From the NCBI GenBank assembly GCA_964106915.2, contig OZ066923.1: a DNA stretch of 64,000 nucleotides; one strand, 5' to 3'. A program made the translations under genes and the position numbers. The stretch is from Podarcis gaigeae. Its lineage: Eukaryota. Positions 13,561-25,699 of this stretch are shown here, piece by piece. Numbering within the stretch: the first letter of the stretch is position 1; each line of letters begins with the position of its first letter. The notes under the pieces were generated by a model, which saw only the letters and a program-made list of their open reading frames with translations, was not told the DNA's origin and made no database searches.

Positions 13561-13994
13561 ATCTGAAGATCTGAAGATCTTCTGCCACATGCACACAGTA
13601 TTATTATTATTATTTTATATCAAAATACAATGATCAGATACCTCTACAACAGAATGAAGTGTGCAGGGTTTAAGTAATTTACCTATGCCTTTTAGTTCTA
13701 ACACTCTCTTAATTACTGTGCCTTTTATAAGCCAAATAGCAATTTAACTTTACAAGCCAATCTTTGTTCAGGGCAGCCCCTGTATTTATAAAATGCTTTC
13801 GCAAACAAAGCAGCATGTACATTTCGAAAATTTACAATATAGATGTTTTCATGGTTAATTGATACACATTATTCCACACTTATTTGTTGGCTCTGTTTTC
13901 TTTTCTTCGCATCTAATTTTGTATTCCAAGGGGGGGACAAGCATCTTTTCAGCTGATCTAATGAAAACTCTGCAATGGCAAACGAGTAACCAAC

Positions 13995-14135
13995 CTGTGT
14001 GCAGTGGAGTACAGCTGGAAAGAATGCTAATTCTCTGCCTCAATGCTGCCTTCAAAGAGATTATTCAAGCCTTCCTCTGACATGGAACAGAGTGATCAGC
14101 CAGCAACGACTGCCCATGAAAATAACCTTTATCCG
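13995..14135 (-). other. Candidate non-coding exon (141 nt) containing uORFs
   Basis: Acceptor tttttgttacag|, donor CAG|gttggt; all 3 frames blocked; contains short ORF MSEEGLNNLFEGSIEAEN*; lies in a block with no recognised TE. Confidence 0.4.
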
Positions 14136-14473
14136 CTGTAACAAAAAGGTAAACTAAAAAAGCAGTCAGTCATGCCCTAATTATTTACTTTTAGCTGGAG
14201 CAAAGGGAAGGGGGAATGCAAATCTATTTCAATTATGGCTTTGTAACTGGAATGATTAAAACTAGCCTAGGTTTGCAAATGTGGATAAAAAAAACCCTCC
14301 AAGAATTTAAATAGTACTGTAACTATAAACTAGGAATTGAAACTTTTCATGGTAAAATGGCTGTGGTAAAGATATGGAGAAGTGGTGATGCCCAAATACA
14401 GTTAAACTAGAAATCCGGATCCAAAATACCAAAACAAATATTAATACTGTTGTACACCACCTCAGACCCTGAG

Positions 14474-14782
14474 CAGTGCCAGATTGAGGTTTGATGAGGC
14501 CCTAAGCTACTGGAGGTAATGGGGCCTTTTATATGTCCAGCTGTCTTTTGTCCGCGTTTTTTGTGTGTTGAATACTATATATGCTATATGGTAATTTATG
14601 GACCTAATAGGTATCTAAAGCCATTTGCACATAACAAAATACATATTTTATCAAAGTAATTGTTGAACTGAAATACAACTGGAAATGTACATCCAGGTTT
14701 TTTCCTTTAATTTTTTTGGGGGGCCCCAAGAGAGTGGGGCCCTACGCTATAGCTTGTTTAGCTTATACTAAATCCGGCACTG
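14474..14782. mobile_element. Non-autonomous DNA transposon (hAT-like)
   Basis: TIRs CAGTGCCAGATT / AATCCGGCACTG; flanking direct repeat CCTGAG (6 bp). Confidence 0.75.
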
Positions 14783-15786
14783 CCTGAGCAGTAAGAGATT
14801 CCAGAGATTTCACCCAGCTCATCACACACATCTCTGGCTTTTGTCTTCCTCACAACCAGCCAGAGCAAACTACTTTGTTATACCAATAATCATACTTAGG
14901 TGGTAATAAAGACCCTTGTGTGGCTAATTCAATAATAGATTCCTCCATTAGATTTTAACCCTTGCTGGATCCAGGACCCCAGGGATTAGAAGGGACTCAG
15001 GCATCATGCAGGCTCACAACAATTAATACTTGATCTTTTTTGGTATTTCAGATTCTGACCCAAATTCCTTTAATTGTTATCACTGATTCTCCTTTATTTT
15101 ATTTATTTTTTTTGTCACAAACATTTTGCTTTTGAAAGGGCAATTCCTGATTCAGGTTTGCTTTTCCACATACATAGTGAAAATCTCTGTGTTGGAAATG
15201 AAATGCTTACTTACAGTGTTTATAGGCTAGTCAACACCCTGAGTTATCTGGGCAAGATTGATAATGTCAGTAATGGAAGTAGAGTGTCTTTGATGGTGCT
15301 TAACACAGAAATCTGAAAAATCATGGCAAGGGACTGTTGGGACACTGAAGAACCGAATTCAATTTTAAAAATGATAGTTTTCATTCTCACAAACCCTTGA
15401 AGTGGAGGTGTTGAAGAGCACTGAACAAAATTGCCACCTAGTAATAGATATACCGGTAAATAACAAGCAGAATAGCCTGCAACCTTGCAATAGAAGACAC
15501 TTCCCAAAATTCACTTGAATTATCAATCCCAAATGGTGTGGTGGGTCTTTAGGCTGAATCAGTAGAAACCAAACCAACTGCCTCCCTTACAATAAGGCAG
15601 TCTTGTGCCATCTTAAAGACAGATAAAGTTGTCATGTCATATTTTTTTCCTAAAGCATAATCCCACATTGGCAGCCTATATATTTACAGGAATTCAGAGG
15701 CACCTGTAGGAGCTTAATATTCTATGCAGGTTGGGAAAGCGTAGTTTGACACCATCACAGGAACAGTGTCGACAGTTATGATATAA

Positions 15787-16140
15787 AAAGGTAAAGGGAC
15801 CTGTGACCATTAGGTCCAGTCGTGACCGACTCTGGGGTTGCGGCACTCATTGCGCTTTATTGGCTGAGGGAGCCGGCGTACAGCTTTTGCGTCACGTGGC
15901 CAGCATGACTAAGCCGCTTCTGGTGAACCAGAGCAGCACACGGAAACGCTGTTTACCTTCCCACTGGAGCGGTACCTATTTACCTACTTGCACTTTTGAC
16001 ATGCTTTCGAACTGCTTGGTTGGCAGGAGCAGGGACTGAGCAACAGAAGCTAACCCCGTTGCGGAGATTCGAACTGCCGACCTTCTGATCGGCAAGTCCT
16101 AGGCTCTGTGGCTTAGCCCACAACGCCACCAGAGTCTCCC
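15787..16140 (-). mobile_element. Sauria SINE, near full length
   Basis: tRNA-like head, characteristic body, (ACCTTT) tail; imperfect TSD gttatgatata/gttatggtata. Confidence 0.9.
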
Positions 16141-17186
16141 CTGTTATGGTATAGCTGTTGCTTATTTGGTTATGTTGATATTTTGAGTTGATGCCCTGCT
16201 TTTGCCCCTGCACATTAGCACTTATCAGACCAGACTAGCAATGCCATAAGCTGTTATTAGATTCATGCTCAGAACTTGATTGTTTTAATAACTTACTTGG
16301 TCTGAGAAACTATCCATCCTTCCTGATAATTTGAAATCAACTCACTTTCTTAAAAATGGCACTATAATTTATTGAGCATTGGCCCAGCCCCACCTTCAGT
16401 CCAGCAATCTAATCAATGGGGCCCTGGCAAAGTCATGTAGGGTAGGGCATGCTTCATGCAAAGGCGCAGAGTGATATTTACAAAAATCAAATATTTTAGT
16501 GGCTTCCTGTGACCAAATTGGGTGGGTGGATAAAACATTCCTTTCTAAACAAGCCAACCAACTAGTTTTAAAGTCTGGCCAAACACAACAATGATTTTAA
16601 AGAAACTTGCATCCCCTTTCAATGCAGCAATTAATATTGCATGACAGATTTTGAAAAGTTAAAGTAGTCTGCCTGCCTTCACAGTACAGTTCTAAAAGCA
16701 GCATTCTAAGAATGTGCATTGCCAAAGCATTATGAGCCAACTTAGCATTATCAATAAAGCAAATGTTTATCATTCATGGATGAGGTTTACAATTAGTAGT
16801 ATAGATACAATATGAGTGGAAGGAAGTTCATTCATCTCTATTTCATTTGTTCTCACCAACCCCCATCAGCATATCTTCAAATAGAATTCTACCATTACCA
16901 TTTCAAAAACATACATTTTTTAATGAAGTTGTAAGTTTTGTTTCATTCACACATGTTTTTCAATAATAAAAAGTGGTGTAGTGAGTCAGGAGATCTGTGG
17001 TTCAAAGTCTACATCAGCATAAATTTATTAGGTGGTAACTCTTATGCATCAGTTCCCCCCTTAATACGAGGGATAATATATCCTGGTTGTTTTACAAGAA
17101 TAAATTTATTGTAAGAATTTCAGAGAAAATGCGCATACAGTATACTGACAACCATATAACATGTATTATTAAAACTAAGAGAATAG

Positions 17187-17848
17187 CTTGTGTTCACATG
17201 TCGCAATAAGCCACAATCGGTAGTTTACTGTGGTTTACATTGAGTGAATAGTACAGTAAGCTCCCAACTTATGTGGGGGTTACGTTCTGGGGTACCTAAA
17301 GCCGAAATCACTTATAATCAAAGCACATTATATTCAATGGTGGGTGGAAAGTTATTTTTTCTAGACACCCTCCCCCTTTCCACCCCGTTTTTAATTTTTA
17401 GAAATATTTTCGCCAAGCATATAAAGCTGAATGTGCACAAGTTAAATGAGTGTAAATTGCAGCCTTACCGTATGCCAGTACCCACAGCCCCAACCCACCC
17501 ACTTCACTCCTCTCCTGGAGCAAATGGAAGAAACAAACCAGGAAACCACATCTATGTTTCGCTTGTCATGACATCCCAACTTGGGATCTTGGCTTGTTTC
17601 TCCCTAACAAGCCTGAATTACTAACCATCCTTAAGCCATACTTTAGTGATGACTTAGGAACCCTGTCATGTTTGGAAGCAACAAACCAGGACCTCATATT
17701 TGGATGTCATGAAAATCCAAGCTTAATTGTGACTTCACAGGTTTTTGCCTTGGAGGAGCAATCAGGCCATGTGTTTAGAGCATTGCTTATTCAAAGTAAA
17801 TGGCAATAAGATGGAAACCCTGGCTTATTGTGAGATATAACTCTGGCC
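17187..17848. mobile_element. Old TIR element (PIF/Harbinger-like) with a nested Tc1-like MITE at 17254-17470
   Basis: Outer inverted similarity ..caataagcca / tggcttattg..; inner element CAGTAAG..CTTACCG flanked by TA. Confidence 0.45.
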
Positions 17849-18704
17849 TGTGGGGAAAAACTGGGTAAAGAGGAAGAAATGAACTCCTAAAGCATTTTGC
17901 ACACAAACTCAGAAATTATTTTCTTCCCATTCTCATAGGAAACCCTACAAAGTCTGCTGATGCTACGATTGCCCTTCCTTCCAAAGAACCTTGTAGTTTA
18001 CTTGTAATTGCTGTATGAAGCAGTCATTTGACAAGTTTTTGAAGGGAAGCAAATTTAAAACAAGGTCTAATGTGTTCCAAAAGTGAATTGGAAAAAAAAG
18101 AAGACTGTTTCTTCTGTGACAACCCTGCCAGAGGATCTCAAAAAGTACTTAAAATGTTGAAGCACCTGACAGGAAAATAATAGGTTGTCAATAAAGCATG
18201 ATAAATATTTCAAGGACACAACGAAAACCACATTTGTCGACTATACGAACATAGTTTTCAGTCCCGGCTTCCTAATGTTAACCCTTTGTTATTCATATGT
18301 TAACTATTATCTGGCATTTTAAAATGTTAGAATAGCATGGATTAGATGAGGAGTAAGCAACAAAACACAGCACATATCTAGCCCATATTGCTCCCAAAAA
18401 CCCACTACTCTATTTAGCCCACAGAAAAGTCATTCCTACACAAGCAAAGGAAAAGTTAGCAGACTCAATAGGCTCATAAGTCTTATACTGCCTATTCCTA
18501 GTACAACCTCCTATATTTGAACTGTCCCAGTTGGTCATTATAAAAACAATGATGCAAGTAATCAAGTTTTATTTTTTCTTCTTTCCCCCTGTCTCTTTCC
18601 CCTTAGTGCCATGTCTTTTCATTTCTGTCTTGACTTAATTGATTTTATGTAAGCCACTCTGGGGGCCTTTTTTGCTGAACAATGGAGGAACAAATGCTCT
18701 AAAT

Positions 18705-18840
18705 GAGTGTTTCCCAAACTTGTGTCTCCAGCTGTTTTTGGACTACAACTCCCACCATCCCTAGCTTGCAGGACCAGTGGTCAGGGATGATGGGAACTGT
18801 AGTCCAAAAACAGCTGGAGACACAAGTTTGGGAAACACTG
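18705..18840. mobile_element. 136-bp palindromic hAT MITE
   Basis: TIRs AGTGTTTCCCAAACTTGTGTCTCCAGCTG; TSD CTCTAAAT/CTCTAAAC. Confidence 0.88.
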
Positions 18841-19597
18841 CTCTAAACAAACAAATAAAACTAATTTTCAAAAAAAGGGATTTTTATAGTATTACTGCAA
18901 TGTTATTTGTCGTGAAATCATGTTTTTTAAGAGGTAAATTTTGAAATGTTTAAAGGGTTTTATACATAACTGAATATAGTGCCTTTAAATGGCTATGAGT
19001 ATCTACTGAGAGTTGTGGAGATGGTTTATCAGTGGTGGGCCAGCAACAGGCCTGAGTGACAGTTAAACTGTCATGCTTTCAATCTGCCAAACAAGCAACA
19101 GAAGCTGGTAAACTCAAATTACTCAGTCAGTAGACATCTTGCTTCATCCTATTGGACAATAGCACAAACTAATGTGGCGTCCTGTTCAACCATCCCAATT
19201 TAAGTGGAACATCCTAGATTTACAGAAGCCACCCTAGCTTCTGATTGGATCCCAGAGTGTTCTCTTTTTTTGGTCCAGCTGGACCAGCGCCAGAATGCCG
19301 AACCAAAAAACACTCAATTTTTGGTCTCATGCAAAAGCCTGGAACAAAAAAAATGAGAGTCCTGATTTTGATTGGCAGGATGCGACGACAGAATTCAATC
19401 CAAACTGAAATGGCTGGGGTGTCTTGTGTGTGCTGAGTAGAGAGAAAATAAATGCTAAGCACTGGTAAAGAAAGGAGAGTTACTGGGAATTGCTGGGAGA
19501 AGCTATGGGTCAACTAAAGGAAAAGACTTGGGCACTGGACATCAAATAACTTAAGAATTATCTGCTGCTTTGATTGAGCAGGGAGATAGAAGACTGT

Positions 19598-19825
19598 GAG
19601 CCAGTGTGGTGTAGTGGTTAAGAGTGGTAGACTTGTAATCTGGTGAACCGGGTTTGCGATCCACTCCTCCACATGCAGCTGCTGGGTGACCTTGGGCTAG
19701 TCACACTTCTCTCAGCCCCACTCACCTCACAGAGTGTTTGTTGTGGGGGAGGAAGGGAAAGGAGAATGTTAGCTGCTTTGAGACTCCTTTGGGTTTATCA
19801 AATCCAAACTCTTCTTCTTCTTCTG
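19598..19825 (+). mobile_element. tRNA-derived squamate SINE (MIR/CORE-like) with (TCT)n tail
   Basis: Box A-like tggtgtagtggtta, core gctgggtgaccttgggc, simple-repeat tail. Confidence 0.75.
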
Positions 19826-22000
19826 TTATAACTGTTCTAATGGATTAGACCAAGATCCTCCATATAGTACAGAGACATTTGCAGTTGCTAAATTAAGAAA
19901 ATCTGAAATTTATTGTTTAAAGGGGAACCAATAACATGGAACTGCAGCCAGTTTAACAAGATGCTTAGCATCCCTTGGAGTCATCAAGTTTTATTTGGAC
20001 AAGACAAGTGTCTCAGCAATTGGTTAAATGCCCAGTCTTGGCCTTGGACTGTATCATATCAATATTCCATGAAAGATGTTTTTGTTTTGTTTTTTACACT
20101 TCAGACTTAAGAGTTATAATATCTAGGCTGCAATCTTATTCACATTTATCTGGAAGCCTCACTGAACAATACTATCAATTTCTGAAACAATTAGAAAATG
20201 TCCTAGTTTTTAAAAAAAACCCTCTAGCACTGCATTTTTGCTAAGGTGAATGCTAGAACAAGCATATTATAGTAAACAAGAATTGCAGCCTCCTCTCCAC
20301 CCTCTGCCAAAAAAGAAGTGGCTTCAGCACCTGCAAATCATTCAAAACTTGTCGAATCTTTCCCCATCACTGCACCTCCATGACTGGAAAGGCATTAATA
20401 TAACACATAATTGCACTCTGGAAGAATGAATGATTGAAAAGCAAAGACAAAACAGGTATAGTCATCGGGAGGAAGAGATAGTGTAGTGATGTTACCACCA
20501 CTATGAATTCAGTTGTTCAAATAAAATATATATTTTAGTCTGAATCCAGTCTACCAACCCCAAATTCACACACTGCCCATTGTATTACTATTTGAAATAC
20601 CTAATGTGGATTGGGTCAGAATATAAAAATCTTCTACATGATTTTTTTGAAAACCTTTGTTTTCAAAAAGTATTTGCAAACCACCCTTAAAATATCATTG
20701 TTGTTCAGATCATGAACAATTAATCAGATAAAAGACAGTGAATCCTTAAAGCAGGAAGTAAATTGATTAGTTCTCAATTTTATCTCAGTGACGTGCTCTT
20801 TTCTCAAGAAGTGATAGATTAATTGCATTGCCACCTAATTATCCTTTTAAAGAAGAGAAAATGCAGACATTGTCACTAACAAGGATATAAGGAAACAAGT
20901 TTTTTCCAATGACATCTGAACAGCAATCGAGGGATACTTTCAATTAAACACACACACACATTTCCCTGAATATTAGTACAAAGACATAAGCAAAAATTGG
21001 GAAGGTTTTGTGTAGTGATTTAAGGCAGTATCCCAATGTTGCCAAAACCTCCATATTCCAGAGTAGGGTTCAGGAACTAGAGATAAGAAAAAAATGTAGG
21101 GATGAGCAGAAGTGTGTGGTAAGATTCTCCTGTTGGCTAGCACCCTTGAGCTCAAGAGAAGTATTTTCATGAGCTTATGCATGATAAAGTCAAGGGAGAA
21201 AAGAAACAAGGTTAACAGAGAAAGGTGAAGCATCACACTAGTCAGAGAACAAGCAAGAAAATAAAACAGGAGCCTTGGAGATGAAACATGGTTGTAATAA
21301 CCCCCTTCTCTCTGGTTGAAGTCAAACCCTGCCCCCATGATTAAATGCCATTTATTATTTCAATTTCCTGAGTATTTTACTTGGGGGTGGGGGGTGGGGA
21401 CAAGGACTGTTGGTGCATTATTTCCTATTACTGTTATCATTGTATTTTGCACCAGGAGAGTACAAGATACTGTGCAGATCACTCCAGGAGATGTCTGTAA
21501 CAAACTCCCAAATCAATCTCCCTGGAGTGTGTACAGGAACATACAGGATTGAAAATTCAATGTAAAGTGTGCCAGCTGGAAGGACATCACATCACATACC
21601 CCCTCGCCTGCCAACAGTGTAAAATAAATCAATATCAGACAACATTAATAGTTGAAATGCTTTAAATATTGACTGGATGGGGGCTTAAAAGTTTTCAGCC
21701 CAACTCCAAGCTCATCTCCATTCTACTTCGGACCAATATCTTTCTTTAAAATGCAAGTTTCCACCAATCACATACAAAACAAAGAGTGCAGTTCAAAGAA
21801 CAGGCACAAATGAAAGGTACTACAGACAGCCAAGTGGTGGGCATAAGGAGAATAGTGCACTCCTTCAAATTGTACACCTACCCCTGGCTTTTGGTATCTG
21901 GTGTGGCCAGACCAGCACAACATCTAGTTTGCCCTAAAAACTAAGAACTTCTTGACCACCCCTAATGCATATTCAAGAGCAGGGGCCTCCATTGTGGTAC

Positions 22001-22120
22001 CTGTGGTTGTTGTGCATCCTTGAGGACTTCTCCTGGTGCCCACAATGCCTCAGCCCCATTCTCCCCACTAAAAGATCCATTTGCCTTGAGATGGCAAAGG
22101 TGATTCTCCTTTTTCTTCCA
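22001..22120 (-). other. Candidate exon (120 nt)
   Basis: Strong acceptor ttttctctttacctctgtgtgcctttcag|, weak donor CAG|gtacca; two open frames but no recognisable protein. Confidence 0.3.
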
Positions 22121-23542
22121 CTGAAAGGCACACAGAGGTAAAGAGAAAATAGGAACAGCAACAACTATCTCTCCCAGTCCCTCTTTGAGCTTCATATGCT
22201 TCTCAAGGCCCAGTTTGGCATCAGAGCTGCTAAAAGAAAGCAAATCAACTGAGAGGGCAAGAAAGAAAAAGGAGGAAAATAGGAGACTGGGAGGAGGAAA
22301 ATAGAATGAAAGTGTGATACCAGAGATATCAGAAGAATGAGGCAATGGAGTGTCTGAGAGAGGAGATATATGTTCCTGATATCAGATTCTTGGGTGGTGG
22401 TGGTTCTGTGCTTTTGTAGAATTATGGCATGATTAACCCTGTGGGGCATTGAAAGAGATGCTGTGATCCATATACCAATAATGGATCTAAGATGTGGTTA
22501 TAATTTGTTATGGATTTATGAATCAGTTAGTAATGGACAACATATTATTAAAAATACTGCAACACTGCAAATTAAGCCTCTATTACAGACAACTCACAAC
22601 TTACACATTTAACTTATGCAGTTTCAACTTTATGCGCTTGACGGCCGTCTAAATGAAATCTCACAAATTAAACACAGAGAAGGCAGTGAGCTTAAAAGCT
22701 CTTTTTACACAGGGTTTCCCTGTTGTGGAAAGAGCTTTTAAGCTCTCTATCTTGCTTATGGGCTGTGGGAAGCTCTTGCAAGAACTTGGAAACTCCTGCA
22801 AGATCTCACGAGAGCCTCCTACAATCTGGTAAGCAAGGCAGAGAGCTTAAAAGTTGTCTGTGTTACTTTTGGGGGTGTGGGGTGGGGAGGTAAGACCCAT
22901 TTGGCATGCCAACTCCAGAAGCTAAAACTACTTGTACTAGAGCAGTTCCAATGGGTTGTTTGACCCCTAGGTACGTTGGTATTAACAAAGGCCTAATTTT
23001 TCTCTTTAAGCCTGTGTCTACTGGTGTTCCCTTGGGGAACTCCAGGCAGCATGAACCCTTTACGAATTTCTCCAGCATGTCTGTGACTAAGGAAATCTCA
23101 GCAACCAGATGTTTATTTCCTGTGTCAAGTTGCCACTTAACGTCATATGGCAGCATATCCACATGCTTATGGCAGACCTATCTGTGGCTGGGATAACCTG
23201 CAAGTGTGAGCCAGCACTTACTTTTTAAAAGTCTACCTAGATATATTTTTAAAAGGCTCCTCCTGTTGCTATTCACAAAGAAATACACACGTGTCCAATA
23301 ATTATAGTTATCACAACTAATTTGATTTAGACATTCAATGTGGCATTCAAAGCTAAATAAGATGAAGATAAGATAATTTGCACACTGTAATTTTCTATGA
23401 AATAAGGTTATACTTTCCAGTAAAATAAATTTTGTAACATATTATTTCCCAATATTTATAAAAAGACACTGTGTATTATATACAGAATCTTTTCAAAAGA
23501 AAGTTGGAATAATATAATAAAAATCACACAAATGGAACTTAC

Positions 23543-23648
23543 TGAAAGTGAATGGATAAGACTTCAGCTGCTCAAAATTACAAACGAAGAAGTGTAATTT
23601 CTCTTTTTGGTCTTGGTGCTCTCCAATCCTTGTGCCGATCACTTCTTC
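23543..23648 (-). other. Candidate exon (106 nt)
   Basis: Acceptor ctcactgttatttag|, donor TCA|gtaagt; one open frame EEVIGTRIGEHQDQKEKLHFFVCNFEQLKSYPFTF, not recognised. Confidence 0.45.
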
Positions 23649-25232
23649 CTAAATAACAGTGAGGAACGCTGTTGAAAATGAAAGCAATTATTATCCCTAG
23701 CAAATGACTGCATTTCTTCTCACATACAGAAGCCCCTGTAGTACTATAATTACGCATTGTCTGTCTATTTATAAGCACCAGAACTTTGTAAGACAGTAGA
23801 AATGAACTCATGCCAAGCCACCACTTAACCAAATATGCTTGTATAAATACAGCAGCATTATTGGAAGCAGGCTCAACATTTTCATTGGATCATCATGTCC
23901 CAAAACTATCAGATGAGGTTTAATCTTTAATAAGAGCTTATCTCTAACCAATACCTAAAGTGGTTTGCTTTAGGAGGGAGATAAAGTAAGATTTCCAAAA
24001 TGACTTGCACACCAGGTTTAAAACACACAACTGGAGTAGAAAAGATATACAGTAAAGGGAACATAGATCATAGGCTGCGTTCACAACTTAAACAAATCAT
24101 TGTATATAAATGAAGTAAAAGTGAGTGAAATGCACGTATCACTATGTACAAAAGTCAGATTAACCTGTGGGCTACCAGGCTGAATGCAGATTGTCAGCCA
24201 CAGGGTTCTGCTGTCAAGTGGCACAGCATGATTTGTCAATCAACTGGCAGGCCATAAAACTGAGGACCTAACTCCCGGTTTATCAGCCTGAACATTTTTC
24301 TGACCTATCCAGATCCCACCAATTTTAGCACCAATAGCAGACACACAGACACTGCAAATACCCTCCCCCAGTAATCAGATTGACCATATGATGTGTGGAG
24401 ATGTTGCAATAACCCCCTCCCCTACTGATCTGTATGTGCATGTATGGGATGACCATACCCAGCACTGTAATGTAGCCCACAGGCAGATGGGCCAAGTATG
24501 AATGCAGCCCTCAGACATAGGGATGTTGGGCAGTTCTGATGGAAACAGAAACAGAAATTGCCTGTGGTTGCTTATTCGCCCCATGTCTGGAACGAAAATC
24601 AATATGACCAATTATGATTGGTATTCACAGTTGTTTTCAGTCCTCAAACCATGCATAATTGATGGTGGTTTCCCTGCACCGCCATAAGTGTTGCATTTCC
24701 TTTGCATAGAAAGGAAAGGTGTGTGATGAGAACATAATTAATAAATCTAGTAAAATTCCACTCCAGTGGACAGCAAAATGAACAACATTGCCTTTTTAGA
24801 AGCCTAATGGCAGCAGAACAGAAACAGTGTAGCATGCGACAAACACTGGTCAGAAGAGCAATCAATGCCCTCTTGCACCCTACTGAGTACCCCTTGCCAT
24901 AAAACGTAGCTACTAAGCTACATTTGTTTTGATGAGTCACAAGCTGTGCATGCCTGTTCCAAGATCATGGCCAACACCTCTATAAGTCAGTTTGTTTGCT
25001 ATGCTAAACTCTTCTTCCTGAATGAAGCGGAGTGGAGGGATACTGCTGGAAAAGTGGGAGGTAAGGTAACAGCTTACATTTAGTTAACCTGTTGCCTCTG
25101 AGACACCAATACACATACACCTTCCCACTTAGGAATTGCATGGAAAATCAACTTCTTTATGGAGAATCAAGTTTCTTTCTGAAGCCAGGAGATGCAATTC
25201 CTATCTCCACATATATCTTAGGCATGCCAATA

Positions 25233-25699
25233 CAGGGGTACCTCGGATTACAGACGCTTCAGGTTACAGACGCTTCAGGTTAGAGACTCCGCTAACCCAG
25301 AAATAGTACCTTGGATTAAAATTATGAAAATACAATCACTGTCATACTATGGTGAAAGAGCTAAATTTTAACTATGTTTTCCATTTCAAAGCAGAGGAAC
25401 AAGGCTGATAATTATTTTCTCGATCTATATTCAGGTATGTATATAAAGAGCACTATGCCATTCATGGACAGAATACGTGTCACAGGTACAGTGGTACCTC
25501 GGGTTACATATGCTTCAGGTTACATACGTTTCAGGTTACAGACTCTGCTAACCCGGGTTAAGAACTTTGCTTCAGGATGAGAACAGAAATTGCGCAGCGT
25601 GAGGCCCCATTAACTAAAGTGGTACCTCAGGTTAAGAACAGTTTCAGGTTAAGAATGGACCTCTGGAATGAATTAAGTTCTTAACCCGAGGTACTGCTG
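25233..25699. mobile_element. Composite Tc1/pogo-like MITE: partial copy (25233-25319), captured host DNA (25317-25488), full copy (25489-25699)
   Basis: Outer TA..TA; TIR CAG(T/G)GGTACCTCGG; internal segment duplicates 30979-31140. Confidence 0.85.
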
